Shown here: piece after piece, positions 24,516 to 33,555 of the stretch
How positions within the stretch are numbered: position 1 is the first letter of the stretch
Layout of the letters: each line of letters starts with the position of its first letter
Virus record (IMG/VR): IMGVR_UViG_3300033485_000048
Span: 1-36,969 of that record
DNA: 36,969 bases
Reading direction: 5' to 3' (one strand)
Source: a virus
Lineage: Duplodnaviria; Caudoviricetes
Program-made: the position numbers and the translations under genes
The notes under the pieces: generated by a model
What the model was told of the DNA's origin: nothing
Seen by the model: only the letters and a program-made list of their open reading frames with translations
Databases searched by the model: none

Positions 24516-25346
24516 ATGGCACCTACCGACGCCGTTATGAAGCATGCTCCGTGGTCGTATTCGAAAGTCAGTGCTGCACTGACCTGTCCCTTCAACTTTC
24601 ATGAACGTTACGTGAAGAAGACGAAGGCTACGGTTGCAGAGGCGCAAGAAACGCGCGTCGGCGTGGTCGTCCACAAAATCCTGGAGTGGACGGATATGGG
24701 GCTCAGCGTCAACGAAGCCTTTCAGCGTGCCATGGACGCCTTTGATTTGACGCATGAAGCAAGCCTCGAAGTACAGACGTTTCGAAGTGCTGTCGAGGAG
24801 TGGGTGCAGGGCCTGGCATCCTTCTGTACGCGATTCAAAGTCGTCAAACGGTATCCCGAGAAAAAAGTCGCACTCAATCAGCATTTCATGATCACCGGTT
24901 ACAACAGTGACGACTGCCTCATTAGAGGCAACATCGACCTAACCCTTTTCACAGGGTATCGACAGGGTGTGGTCATCGATCACAAGAGTGGAACGCTCAA
25001 GAAGATCGAGTACCACCAAGATCAGCTCGAGCTGTACTGCATCATGGCTGATGCGCTGGTCAAAGGCGTGACCAGCGTTCGCGCTGCATTGCACTTCGTG
25101 GGCTCAGACCCCAATCGAAAAGGAAAGAGGACCAACTGGTTGCCGGAATACAGTGTCGACGTTGTTCGCTCGACTTTCCGCAACAAGTGGATGGACCTTC
25201 TCGAACGTGCTGCACGCATCGCAGAGGATGTTAATCCTCAACCAAAGCCATGCTGGATGTGCAACTTCTGTGGCTATCAGTCGATATGCCCGGGGAGGAT
25301 GCCGACGCATGCCAGGGAAGAAAGGCGGGAAGTCAACTCAGAGTAG
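24516..25346 (+). CDS. Second PD-(D/E)XK RecB/Cas4-like exonuclease
   Basis: WSYSKV..LTCP, RGNIDL, VIDHKSG, QLELYC, CNFCGYQSIC; likely ATG at 24516 after GAGGA. Confidence 0.85.
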   Translation: MAPTDAVMKHAPWSYSKVSAALTCPFNFHERYVKKTKATVAEAQETRVGVVVHKILEWTDMGLSVNEAFQRAMDAFDLTHEASLEVQTFRSAVEEWVQGLASFCTRFKVVKRYPEKKVALNQHFMITGYNSDDCLIRGNIDLTLFTGYRQGVVIDHKSGTLKKIEYHQDQLELYCIMADALVKGVTSVRAALHFVGSDPNRKGKRTNWLPEYSVDVVRSTFRNKWMDLLERAARIAEDVNPQPKPCWMCNFCGYQSICPGRMPTHAREERREVNSE

Positions 25347-28300
25347 CAAGACCAGTACAGCTGGCATCAAACAGATCTGGGGCCAGATCGATGCCAACGA
25401 CTGGTTGCATATTCTGCGTACTGCAAGACCATCCACGAACTGGACTTACGCGAGGAGACAGATCAAAGGGAAGTGCCCCTTTCACGATGACAGCCAGGCT
25501 TCGTTCATCGTAGACCTCGAGCGGCAGCAGGCGAAGTGCTGGGGCGGCGACTGCGGCAAGTACTACTGGGACCCCGTTCGGTTCTTCAAGGACCTGAACG
25601 AGGGGAATATGACCTACCAGAAGGCCCTTCTCGAGCTGAAGGACCGCTTCAACATCAAGATCTCCAAGCATCTTATCAGTGAGGTGGGCAAGCGCCAGCG
25701 CCACCGCGACATGAAGAAGCTCCTCTTCGAGGTGATGCGCGGGGAACTCATCGACTGCGTAGCGATGCGCAAGATGCCGATGCAGGAGTCCGAGCTTTTT
25801 TATGCTCGAGACGCCGTGACGTATCTGGAGGACCGCGGTATCAAAGACCTGTACCACTTCCTGCCCATCGGCGTGTTCCCGCCGAAGCTGCGACTGGAGA
25901 AGCTCATCAACAACCGGCTCCAGCTCATGCCCAAGGAGAAGGCGCAGTACTTCAAGGGTGTGTGGGAGGAAATCGAAGCGTACCTCGAAGTGCCCTGGAA
26001 CGACACGGCCTGGATGGGAGCGATCGTCTTCTTCACCGGCTCGAGCCCGAACGATGTGTGCAAGCTCAAGCTTCGCAAGGTTCCCCACAAGCAAGCCAAC
26101 CTGTACATGCCCCAGGACTTCGTGAAGGACATCTGCTTCGTTCACGATGACAACGAACCGAACAACGGCGCGTTTGGCCTCTTCGGCGTGCCGCCGTACT
26201 GGCATCGCATCGGAAAAGAGAACCAGACCTTCCACTGGGTCGAGGGCGAGTTCGATGCGCTCACCATGATGTACAACCAGTTCATCGATGGTGGGCAGAT
26301 CCTCACGATGGTCTTCGCGGGTGGGGGTAGTTCCACGTGCGGCCTCGACATGATGAAGGGCTTCCGCTTCGATGCGGGCTACATCGTGGGTGACCTCGAT
26401 GACAAGGGGCCCGCGTTCATCCAGAAGGTCCTCGAGCAGACCTCGCATCTGCCGGTGAAGGTCTTCGAGTGGCCAGACGTGTACAAACGCGACTTGCAGA
26501 ACAAGCCGCTCGACAAGAACGACCCCGACCGCGCTGTGAACATGCGAGGGCTGGAGAAGTTCCAACGCGAGTTACGTGATGAGACGAACTTCACCCCGCC
26601 GCACGTGTGGTGCCTTGCTGGTGCTTCGAAGGAGATGAGTGGCATCGACAGCAATGACATTCGGCAGCTCACGAATAAGGCTGCGACGTGGGGGCGGTAT
26701 GTTCGTGATGAAAGTGAACAACACGCATACGTGAACGAGCTTTCGAAGCGCTTTGGTGTTTCCTCAGGGCAGATCCTCTCCGAGATCAAGGTAGGAGACG
26801 AAGACGAGGATGCGTTCATCGAGCGACTCAAAGGAGTGCTAGCGAGTCGCTTGCAACCCATGCACGCATTTCGTACTGCCACCTCGCACATCATGCGTGT
26901 GTGGGATCGGCAGACGCAAGACATCTACGAGTTCGCGATTGCGGAAAAACCGCGCATCCTGACGACGATCTCCGCGATGTCAGGCAAAGACCCGCTTCAG
27001 TTCGTGAAGGATGAAGTAGGCGAACCCGCATTTCTGGAAGTAGACGAAGACGACGCGAAGAGCACGTACATCGCACGAAGCAACAAGTGTGCAGACTACA
27101 TCTGCTACGCCATCACACGGCTCTCCAATGCGTTGCCTGCGGACTCGCTGGTACGCCGCATGGGTGCAGGTTTGCACTGTGTTGCACCCACCGTCGATGA
27201 CCCCGAGGAGATTTTTCGACTTTACCTGGTAAACGGCACGGCCCTTTACCGAGGAGACTACAACGACCTCGGAAACGTGGTGTGGCGTCGGATGCCAGGG
27301 CCCTGTGATGGGGCCATCGTCATTCACGCGGAAGGCGCGATTCGTCCTCGAAAACTACTGCCCTTCGTGAATTCGGAAGCTGATCTCAACCAGCAGTCGA
27401 CCATAGGACTGCGTGAGATGTACGACACGCTGTTCGGGATGATCAGCAAAGGCTGGGTCTTCAAACAGCACACGGTCACCTCCGAACTCCTCGCTGCGGC
27501 AACCATGGTCATTCCTATCGCAGCGTGCGTACCGCGCCAACCGATCTTCATTCTCAACGCTGAGGCTTCGAGCGGGAAGTCGAGTTTCATTGGCGGCTTC
27601 ATTGGGCGTACAAACCTCCCCTCGATCAACGTGATCCACCAGGCGTACTACACTGACAACTACACCGTAGCGGGTATCCGCCAGTCATCGAACCATGGAA
27701 GTTTCTGTGTATGCCTGGATGAGTTCGAAGACAAGGGCGGCAACGATCGACGCAGCGGTGTCATACGCGGGGTTCTTCAGCTCTTTCGTGGACACTCCAA
27801 TGAAGAAGGCACCACGCTCATGGGCACCGCGCACGGGGTGTCACAGGAGTTCCGCTTCCACTGCATGGGATTCGTAGCCGGTATCCGTGGTCTGGAGGAC
27901 GTAGCAGACATCAGTAGGTTCATTCAGATCGAGATGAACAAGCAGGTGCACCGTGAGTCACCGGAGACTGCGTTGTTGCGCGAATTCGGTGCCGACAAGA
28001 TTCAAGAGGTACGCCGTAACCTACCGCTCTTGATGTTCCAGCACGCCAAGGAGTTTCGCGAGGCGTACTACCGCATCGTGGACGAGTACCGGGAAGGCGG
28101 AGGGCTCGAGTTCGGCAAGATGACGCGCAGCCTCAGTCACTTCTATCCCATGATGGCCATCATGTCGATCTGCGGGAAGGACTATCACAAGTTCATCCAC
28201 TCGTACTTCAAGCAGCATCGACGCAACCTTGAACGTGTCGCCAGTCTCGCGCTGAACAGTGATCTGCTGGATGATGTGTTCTACACACCTGCCATCCGCA

Positions 28301-28857
28301 TCCCTTCACTGGAGGGGTCTCGGCCACGTAGCGTGAATGAGATCCTGAACAGCGACCAACCGGAAGTGCTGAATCAGTCGGGCAGCGGTGTCTACTACGA
28401 CAAAGTACGCAAGTGGTTGGTGGTGCACTGGCCGGCTGCCAAGGGAGAACTGGTACGCAACAAGGAGCTACGGGACAAGACATCAGACCTGATGGTGCAA
28501 TATGCGTCTCGTAGCCCCTACTGCGTGCCTGACGAAGAAGCGCGCCGTGACGGTGTTTTTGCACGATTGCACAAGTACATGGGGGCAGCGATCTTCCGCA
28601 ACTCGTACTCGGTGTTCGACGTTACGACCATCGTGAACGCCGCGACGCAGGTGCCCAAAGCCAAAGGACGCGAAGACATCGACATGCTCAGCGAGTACAG
28701 AGAAAAACTGTCTCGCATTGCCACACCGAAGCCACCCGCCCGTGCGAAAAAAGCAGAAGTGAGTGGTACAAGTAGTGGCTCCCCACCTATTACTGGTGAA
28801 TCCCCATCGTCGGATGGGAGCGATGACGATGACGATGACGGAGGTTTGAACTGGTGA
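25309..28857 (+). CDS. DNA primase-helicase fusion (CHC2 Zn finger, TOPRIM, C-terminal P-loop helicase)
   Basis: CPFHDD..SF...CWGGDC; VEGEFDAL and DLDDKG (TOPRIM); AEASSGKSS Walker A; CLDEFE Walker B; likely start 25309 after GGGGAGG. Confidence 0.88.
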   Translation: MPGKKGGKSTQSSKTSTAGIKQIWGQIDANDWLHILRTARPSTNWTYARRQIKGKCPFHDDSQASFIVDLERQQAKCWGGDCGKYYWDPVRFFKDLNEGNMTYQKALLELKDRFNIKISKHLISEVGKRQRHRDMKKLLFEVMRGELIDCVAMRKMPMQESELFYARDAVTYLEDRGIKDLYHFLPIGVFPPKLRLEKLINNRLQLMPKEKAQYFKGVWEEIEAYLEVPWNDTAWMGAIVFFTGSSPNDVCKLKLRKVPHKQANLYMPQDFVKDICFVHDDNEPNNGAFGLFGVPPYWHRIGKENQTFHWVEGEFDALTMMYNQFIDGGQILTMVFAGGGSSTCGLDMMKGFRFDAGYIVGDLDDKGPAFIQKVLEQTSHLPVKVFEWPDVYKRDLQNKPLDKNDPDRAVNMRGLEKFQRELRDETNFTPPHVWCLAGASKEMSGIDSNDIRQLTNKAATWGRYVRDESEQHAYVNELSKRFGVSSGQILSEIKVGDEDEDAFIERLKGVLASRLQPMHAFRTATSHIMRVWDRQTQDIYEFAIAEKPRILTTISAMSGKDPLQFVKDEVGEPAFLEVDEDDAKSTYIARSNKCADYICYAITRLSNALPADSLVRRMGAGLHCVAPTVDDPEEIFRLYLVNGTALYRGDYNDLGNVVWRRMPGPCDGAIVIHAEGAIRPRKLLPFVNSEADLNQQSTIGLREMYDTLFGMISKGWVFKQHTVTSELLAAATMVIPIAACVPRQPIFILNAEASSGKSSFIGGFIGRTNLPSINVIHQAYYTDNYTVAGIRQSSNHGSFCVCLDEFEDKGGNDRRSGVIRGVLQLFRGHSNEEGTTLMGTAHGVSQEFRFHCMGFVAGIRGLEDVADISRFIQIEMNKQVHRESPETALLREFGADKIQEVRRNLPLLMFQHAKEFREAYYRIVDEYREGGGLEFGKMTRSLSHFYPMMAIMSICGKDYHKFIHSYFKQHRRNLERVASLALNSDLLDDVFYTPAIRIPSLEGSRPRSVNEILNSDQPEVLNQSGSGVYYDKVRKWLVVHWPAAKGELVRNKELRDKTSDLMVQYASRSPYCVPDEEARRDGVFARLHKYMGAAIFRNSYSVFDVTTIVNAATQVPKAKGREDIDMLSEYREKLSRIATPKPPARAKKAEVSGTSSGSPPITGESPSSDGSDDDDDDGGLNW

Positions 28858-28860
28858 GCA

Positions 28861-31800
28861 ATGTCATCGTTGGATAAACCCCCCACGTGCATTGCATGCA
28901 CCTTCTATCATGAACGGCGCATCGCTGCACGTGGGTCCAACAAATCGCCCATTGTTTTAGTGGGTGATTGTCCTTCCCCGCAGTTCCCAGCGGGGGGAGA
29001 GCCATTCCAAGATCGCAACGGCATTTCTGTAGGTATGGCACTGAAGCGTCTTCAGGTCTACTACAACACGCTTCCAAACGGACCAGCGCGCTGGTTCAAC
29101 TTGAAGACGTACAAGACCTACGTGGTTCAGTGCATCCACGCTGACAAGCCCAAGAAGGACGTCATCACACTCTGTCGCAAGACCTTTCTGGATGCGGATC
29201 TTGCGGTCATCAAGCCACGTCTTGTCATCGTGTTTGGAGCGTTGCCCTTGCAAACACTCCTACATGATGCCAAGGCCTCCTTCGAAGACAACCGGGGATC
29301 GTTCACCTCACGGACCATTCAGGTCAATGAGACGGATCATCACACGTTCGATCTCTTTGCGACGTACTCTCCCAAAGCGGTGCTTGCAAAGCCCGGTCTC
29401 TACGATGAGATGTATCGTGACTTGCAGCGCGCGTTCCTGCACGCAGAAGGTTGCGATGCAGTCACCGTCATTCCTGAAGAGACGCTACGCAAGAACTACC
29501 GCTTTCCCGATACGGTCCAAGAAGTCAAAGAGGTGTGCGATGAGATACTCGCATACGCCAACGATGGCGCGGACCCTGACAAGCACTTCATCTCGGTAGA
29601 CATCGAGACCTCGTGTCTGGAAATGCACGACCCCACGGCGAAGATCATCATGGTCTCTTTCGCCTGGGCACGTATGAAAGCGGCATCCATCTTCATCGAC
29701 CACCCACGTAAACGATGGTCCCCTGAAGATCGAGAACAAGTCGTCGCGCACGTACGCCGAGTGCTCGCATCCAGCAAACCCAAAGTCCTACACCACGAAA
29801 AGTTCGACCGCCAAGGCATCGTGCATCGCTATGGCTGGGAGTTGAACAATGTGATCTGGGACACTATGGGCGGCGAACATCTCCTGGAGGAAGACAAGAA
29901 GGGCGCGTATGGCTTGAAGGTCATGACGCGCTCTCGCCTTCCGGAGTACGCAGGGTACGAAGACAAGGTCGCAGAGATTCGCGAAGCACACGGCGGCGCT
30001 ACTCGTGCGGATGAGGCCAAGCGTTTCCGCAAGGCAACGCTCGAGCATCAGAAAGCCAGTGTAGAGTACACGCGGTTGATGAACGAATACGACCTGGCGT
30101 TTGGGTCGTATCAGCAAGAGTTGGCCGCGTGGGAAGCCAAGAAACGCGCAGAAAAACTGCGCGCAGATGGTGCACGCAAGACGGGGGAGACGGACAAAGC
30201 ACTTCGGGCTATGAACAAAGCAGCGTTCGGGCCGAAGCCAAAGAAACCCCACAAGCCGAAAGAGCCCAAAGCACCGGAGCACCATGAGCCTTTTGACTTC
30301 ACGATGATCGACCCAGAAGACCTGAAGCTCTATGCGGGTGTCGATGCAGACGTGACCCGGCAACATGCGGTCGCACAGAACACCCGCATGATGACCGAGC
30401 ACAAGAAAGACATCGCGGACTGTGTGCGGCTCAAACGAACGGCGCCCTTGCCGTTCAAGCGACTCATGGCGACACACGTTATCCCTACGAGTCGCACGCT
30501 TGCTGATATCGAGTTCACGGGCTTCCCGGTGGACTTACCGTATCTCGAAGAACTGGATGCGAAGCTCGAAGTCAAAGTTGCAGAAGCGCAGTCCAAACTC
30601 TTCGAGTTGGCGGGTGGTGACTTTGTGATCGATAACCCAGCTGCGTTGGGCAAAATCCTGTTCAACGATGGGTTCTACCAGAACGGACAGAAGGTTCTGG
30701 TTCCGCGTGATAGCAACATCAAGCACACCAGCCGGGGTCAAACCAAGTCTGACGAAGGCACGTTGAAGTACATCGCGAACACGTACGGCTTCGACTTCCC
30801 GCGTCTGATCTTGGACTACCGCAAAGCGCGCAAGGCCCGTGCACCGTTCCTCATCAACGTGCGGGAGCATGCACGTTTTGACGGGCGCATGCACTCGTCG
30901 TTTCATCTGGTAGGCACAGGCACAGGGCGCCTGTCATCGTCCAACGAGAATCTGCAAAACATCCCCAAGAAGCTGGCGGGCTTCAACATCAAGAAGATCT
31001 TCATCCCGCCCCCGGGGTACACGCTCATCAACACTGACGCGAAGGGCGCAGAGATTCGCATCTTCGCAACCTACTCCCACGACGAAAAGCTGATCAAAGC
31101 CATCCTCGATGGACTCGATACGCACAGTTTCTTCACGTCTCAGGTCTTCGGTGTCACCTACGAAGAAGTAGAGACAGCACGAGACTTGTGCGACCGCTTC
31201 TACGCGGGTGAGGCCATCGATGCAGCGATCATCAAGAACGCTGAGGCGTTGGTCCGCAAACGCACCAACTGCAAGCGCGTGGTCTTTGGTACGCTCTACG
31301 GCGCCATGGCTGCCAAGATTGCAGAGACAGCGGGCATCTCACTTGAGGAAGCACAACGCGTCATCGACCTCATGTTCAAGATGTTCCCGTCGATTCCGGC
31401 CTACATTGAAAGCACTCAGAACGAAGTTCGCTTCTTCAACTGGGTGGCTACGCTCACGGGTCGTAAGCGACGGTTCCCGCTCGCAGCAGTGCGCATGTTT
31501 CGCAATCGCTGCTTCCGGCAAGCAGTGAACTTCAAGATTCAGAGCACCAGTTCTGACATCGTGCTCTGGGTCATGAATCAGATTCATCCGGTTGTGAAAC
31601 ATGATCTGCGAGGCCAGTTCCACGCCACGGTCCACGATTCGATTGTGTTCTCGGTTCCGCACGCATACGTGCCACAGGTCAAAGACATCATGTATGAGTA
31701 CGGAACACGCCGCGCACAAATCGAATTTCCCTGGCTTTCAGTGCCATTCTTGTGGGATGTTGAAGCGGGTCCCTCCTACGGTGAAGTAACCGACGTCAAC

Positions 31801-31905
31801 AAATACCTACAAGGACAGCTCTATCATGACAAAATCACAGCGGCCGAAGAAGTCATTACCGACGAAGAAATCCGAGACGAAATCAACGAGTCCTTGGCAA
31901 GTTAG
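28861..31905 (+). CDS. polA: Family A DNA polymerase with N-terminal uracil-DNA-glycosylase (family 4)-like domain and 3'-5' exonuclease
   Basis: UDG-like: CIAC, IVLVGDCP, GEPF, IKPRLVIVFG, TYSP. Exo: DIET, HEKFD, YAGVD. Pol: TGRLSS..NLQNIP, motif A DAKGAEIR, motif B KRVVFGTLYG, motif C VHDS. Confidence 0.93.
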   Translation: MSSLDKPPTCIACTFYHERRIAARGSNKSPIVLVGDCPSPQFPAGGEPFQDRNGISVGMALKRLQVYYNTLPNGPARWFNLKTYKTYVVQCIHADKPKKDVITLCRKTFLDADLAVIKPRLVIVFGALPLQTLLHDAKASFEDNRGSFTSRTIQVNETDHHTFDLFATYSPKAVLAKPGLYDEMYRDLQRAFLHAEGCDAVTVIPEETLRKNYRFPDTVQEVKEVCDEILAYANDGADPDKHFISVDIETSCLEMHDPTAKIIMVSFAWARMKAASIFIDHPRKRWSPEDREQVVAHVRRVLASSKPKVLHHEKFDRQGIVHRYGWELNNVIWDTMGGEHLLEEDKKGAYGLKVMTRSRLPEYAGYEDKVAEIREAHGGATRADEAKRFRKATLEHQKASVEYTRLMNEYDLAFGSYQQELAAWEAKKRAEKLRADGARKTGETDKALRAMNKAAFGPKPKKPHKPKEPKAPEHHEPFDFTMIDPEDLKLYAGVDADVTRQHAVAQNTRMMTEHKKDIADCVRLKRTAPLPFKRLMATHVIPTSRTLADIEFTGFPVDLPYLEELDAKLEVKVAEAQSKLFELAGGDFVIDNPAALGKILFNDGFYQNGQKVLVPRDSNIKHTSRGQTKSDEGTLKYIANTYGFDFPRLILDYRKARKARAPFLINVREHARFDGRMHSSFHLVGTGTGRLSSSNENLQNIPKKLAGFNIKKIFIPPPGYTLINTDAKGAEIRIFATYSHDEKLIKAILDGLDTHSFFTSQVFGVTYEEVETARDLCDRFYAGEAIDAAIIKNAEALVRKRTNCKRVVFGTLYGAMAAKIAETAGISLEEAQRVIDLMFKMFPSIPAYIESTQNEVRFFNWVATLTGRKRRFPLAAVRMFRNRCFRQAVNFKIQSTSSDIVLWVMNQIHPVVKHDLRGQFHATVHDSIVFSVPHAYVPQVKDIMYEYGTRRAQIEFPWLSVPFLWDVEAGPSYGEVTDVNKYLQGQLYHDKITAAEEVITDEEIRDEINESLAS

Positions 31906-32740
31906 GACAACCAACGTTGCCGGGCACGCGCTCGAAGTGACGCGCTTCGAGCTGGGCAAACGAAGTGCCATGGTGGAGATCGCCGAGTCGGAGATCAGCA
32001 AGATTCCCGCGCAGGCGATCATCAGCAAAGAACCATTGCCTCCGGCAGTCTTTGCTGACCCCGAACCTCCCACGGTGGTGGAGCCGGGCAAAGAGGAGGA
32101 GAACTCGGCACTGTGGAAGCAGTACCGTGAAGCTAAGGATCGTTTCGAAAAAGCTCACGCCGATGACAAACCCATGCTCAAGGTCAACCTGTGGGTTCCG
32201 GTCACCGTCGTGAAAGACGCCAAGCTGGATGGGCACCGACTGCGTATCTTCCACACGCCGCGGGGACCCATAATGGGCGCGGTGACAAGTGAGGACACAC
32301 ATCGAGTCTTTCTCTTTTCACCGTGCTTCTTGGACCCCAACATCCAACGGGGTCGCGTCCACTATCTCCCCATCGCATTCGCCGGGTATGAGTTCGTGCT
32401 GTACAAGACCGGCATTGGGGAAAGTACACCGCAGGAGGCGGAGATCGAGGGCTACCCGCACTTTGTGGAACGCAATCGTGCCGGAGACTACACGTTCCGG
32501 ATGAAGGCGGCGTACCACCACATCGACGCGGACTATCCCGAGGACTCCAAGCTCATCTCGGCAGACTTTGCGCCGCGTGATGCGCTTCTGGGTCTGTTGC
32601 TGACAACTGATGCACGTGAGCAACAGATGGTCGACCAGGCACGTCAAGCACTCGCGCAACAGCAGGCGCAACGAGCTGCACAACAGGTTGCGCAGCCTGC
32701 TGCACAGCAAGAAGCACCTGCTGCTCCTGCCGCTGAGTAG
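31826..32740 (+). CDS. Hypothetical protein with Gln/Ala-rich tail
   Basis: 304-aa ORF with AAGGA SD, overlapping the polA 3' end; phage-like codon usage. Confidence 0.7.
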   Translation: MTKSQRPKKSLPTKKSETKSTSPWQVRTTNVAGHALEVTRFELGKRSAMVEIAESEISKIPAQAIISKEPLPPAVFADPEPPTVVEPGKEEENSALWKQYREAKDRFEKAHADDKPMLKVNLWVPVTVVKDAKLDGHRLRIFHTPRGPIMGAVTSEDTHRVFLFSPCFLDPNIQRGRVHYLPIAFAGYEFVLYKTGIGESTPQEAEIEGYPHFVERNRAGDYTFRMKAAYHHIDADYPEDSKLISADFAPRDALLGLLLTTDAREQQMVDQARQALAQQQAQRAAQQVAQPAAQQEAPAAPAAE

Positions 32741-32749
32741 TATCCTGCA

Positions 32750-33550
32750 CTGTCCGTAATGAGTCGATTCAGCCATAACTCGCGAGAGTTAGGTGGCGAA
32801 ACGCCACCATTGTTCACTCTTGCCCTTCGGCTAGTGTGAACAGTTGTTAGGGCCGAGCATTTGCGAGAACGCGCGCTCGAGCCGCGGCGACCCGAACGGG
32901 AATTCCAAGGAGCTGGCGGCCCCGCGGGCCCTTGCAAACGTAGTGAATCGACGTAGAATGTTTCTTGAACTGGATAGCTACTTTCAATGTACTCGGATGG
33001 CGAAACGCCATTCATTGATGGGTTCGAAGCGAACTGGAAGAGTTCGACCCACCACAGGGCCCGGACCTCGAGCTGCTTCCCGGAGGCAAACGAAGTATCC
33101 AGTTCACTGTGTAGCACGGCGACGGGCGTCACCACCGAAGGTGGCGACGCATCGTCGACCGAAGTAGAGCCACGCCACGAAGTTCGCGATGAACTTCGTG
33201 AGCGAAGTAGAGCGACGCTCTAGACTTGGGTGGCAACACCCGACGGCGTAACGCCGTCACTGTGCTGTGCTGGGGCTTGCATGCGCCGGCACATGGTATG
33301 TATCCCGTGGCGGCCACACGCCCTCGCTACGCTCGTGCGGAGGCCACCGCGGCACAACGAAGTAGAGCGTTGAACAGGTATACTCCAGATACGCCACGTC
33401 AGGTGGAGATGGCGGAACGCCATTGTTTGCGTTTCAAAGAAGCATGGTTCCCCCAACTTCGAGACTCGCGTCCCTCGCTTACGGCAATTTTCCGAAGCGG
33501 AAAATAGCCGAGACTCGGCCCGCTTCGCCTCGAAGTCGTGTGAAACGAAG
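32750..33550 (+). ncRNA. Candidate large structured non-coding RNA (~800 nt), family unknown
   Basis: No credible ORF; at least five long-range closing helices and about a dozen local hairpins; GNRA and GNRA+1 loops; G-U pairs mostly on + strand; CGAAGTAGAGC three times. Confidence 0.75.
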
Positions 33551-33555
33551 TGGAG

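Noticed and set aside
17375-25346. CRISPR-Cas locus suggested by Cas4-like genes
   Set aside because: No cas1/cas2, effector genes or repeat-spacer array in the window
23451-26565. Long antisense ORFs 23451-24884 and 25333-26565 (likewise 10968-12059 and 12915-14222)
   Set aside because: Typical high-GC shadow frames opposite well-supported genes
29960-30295. Intein or homing endonuclease in polA
   Set aside because: No splicing-junction residues and no LAGLIDADG/HNH motifs
32750-33550. Group I/II intron, RNase P RNA, tmRNA, tRNA cluster or CRISPR array
   Set aside because: It does not interrupt a gene. By eye I found no RNase P GAGGAAAGUCC, tRNA cloverleaf or group II domain V, and the repeats are short and irregularly spaced. 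A covariance-model search is still needed to exclude these formally.
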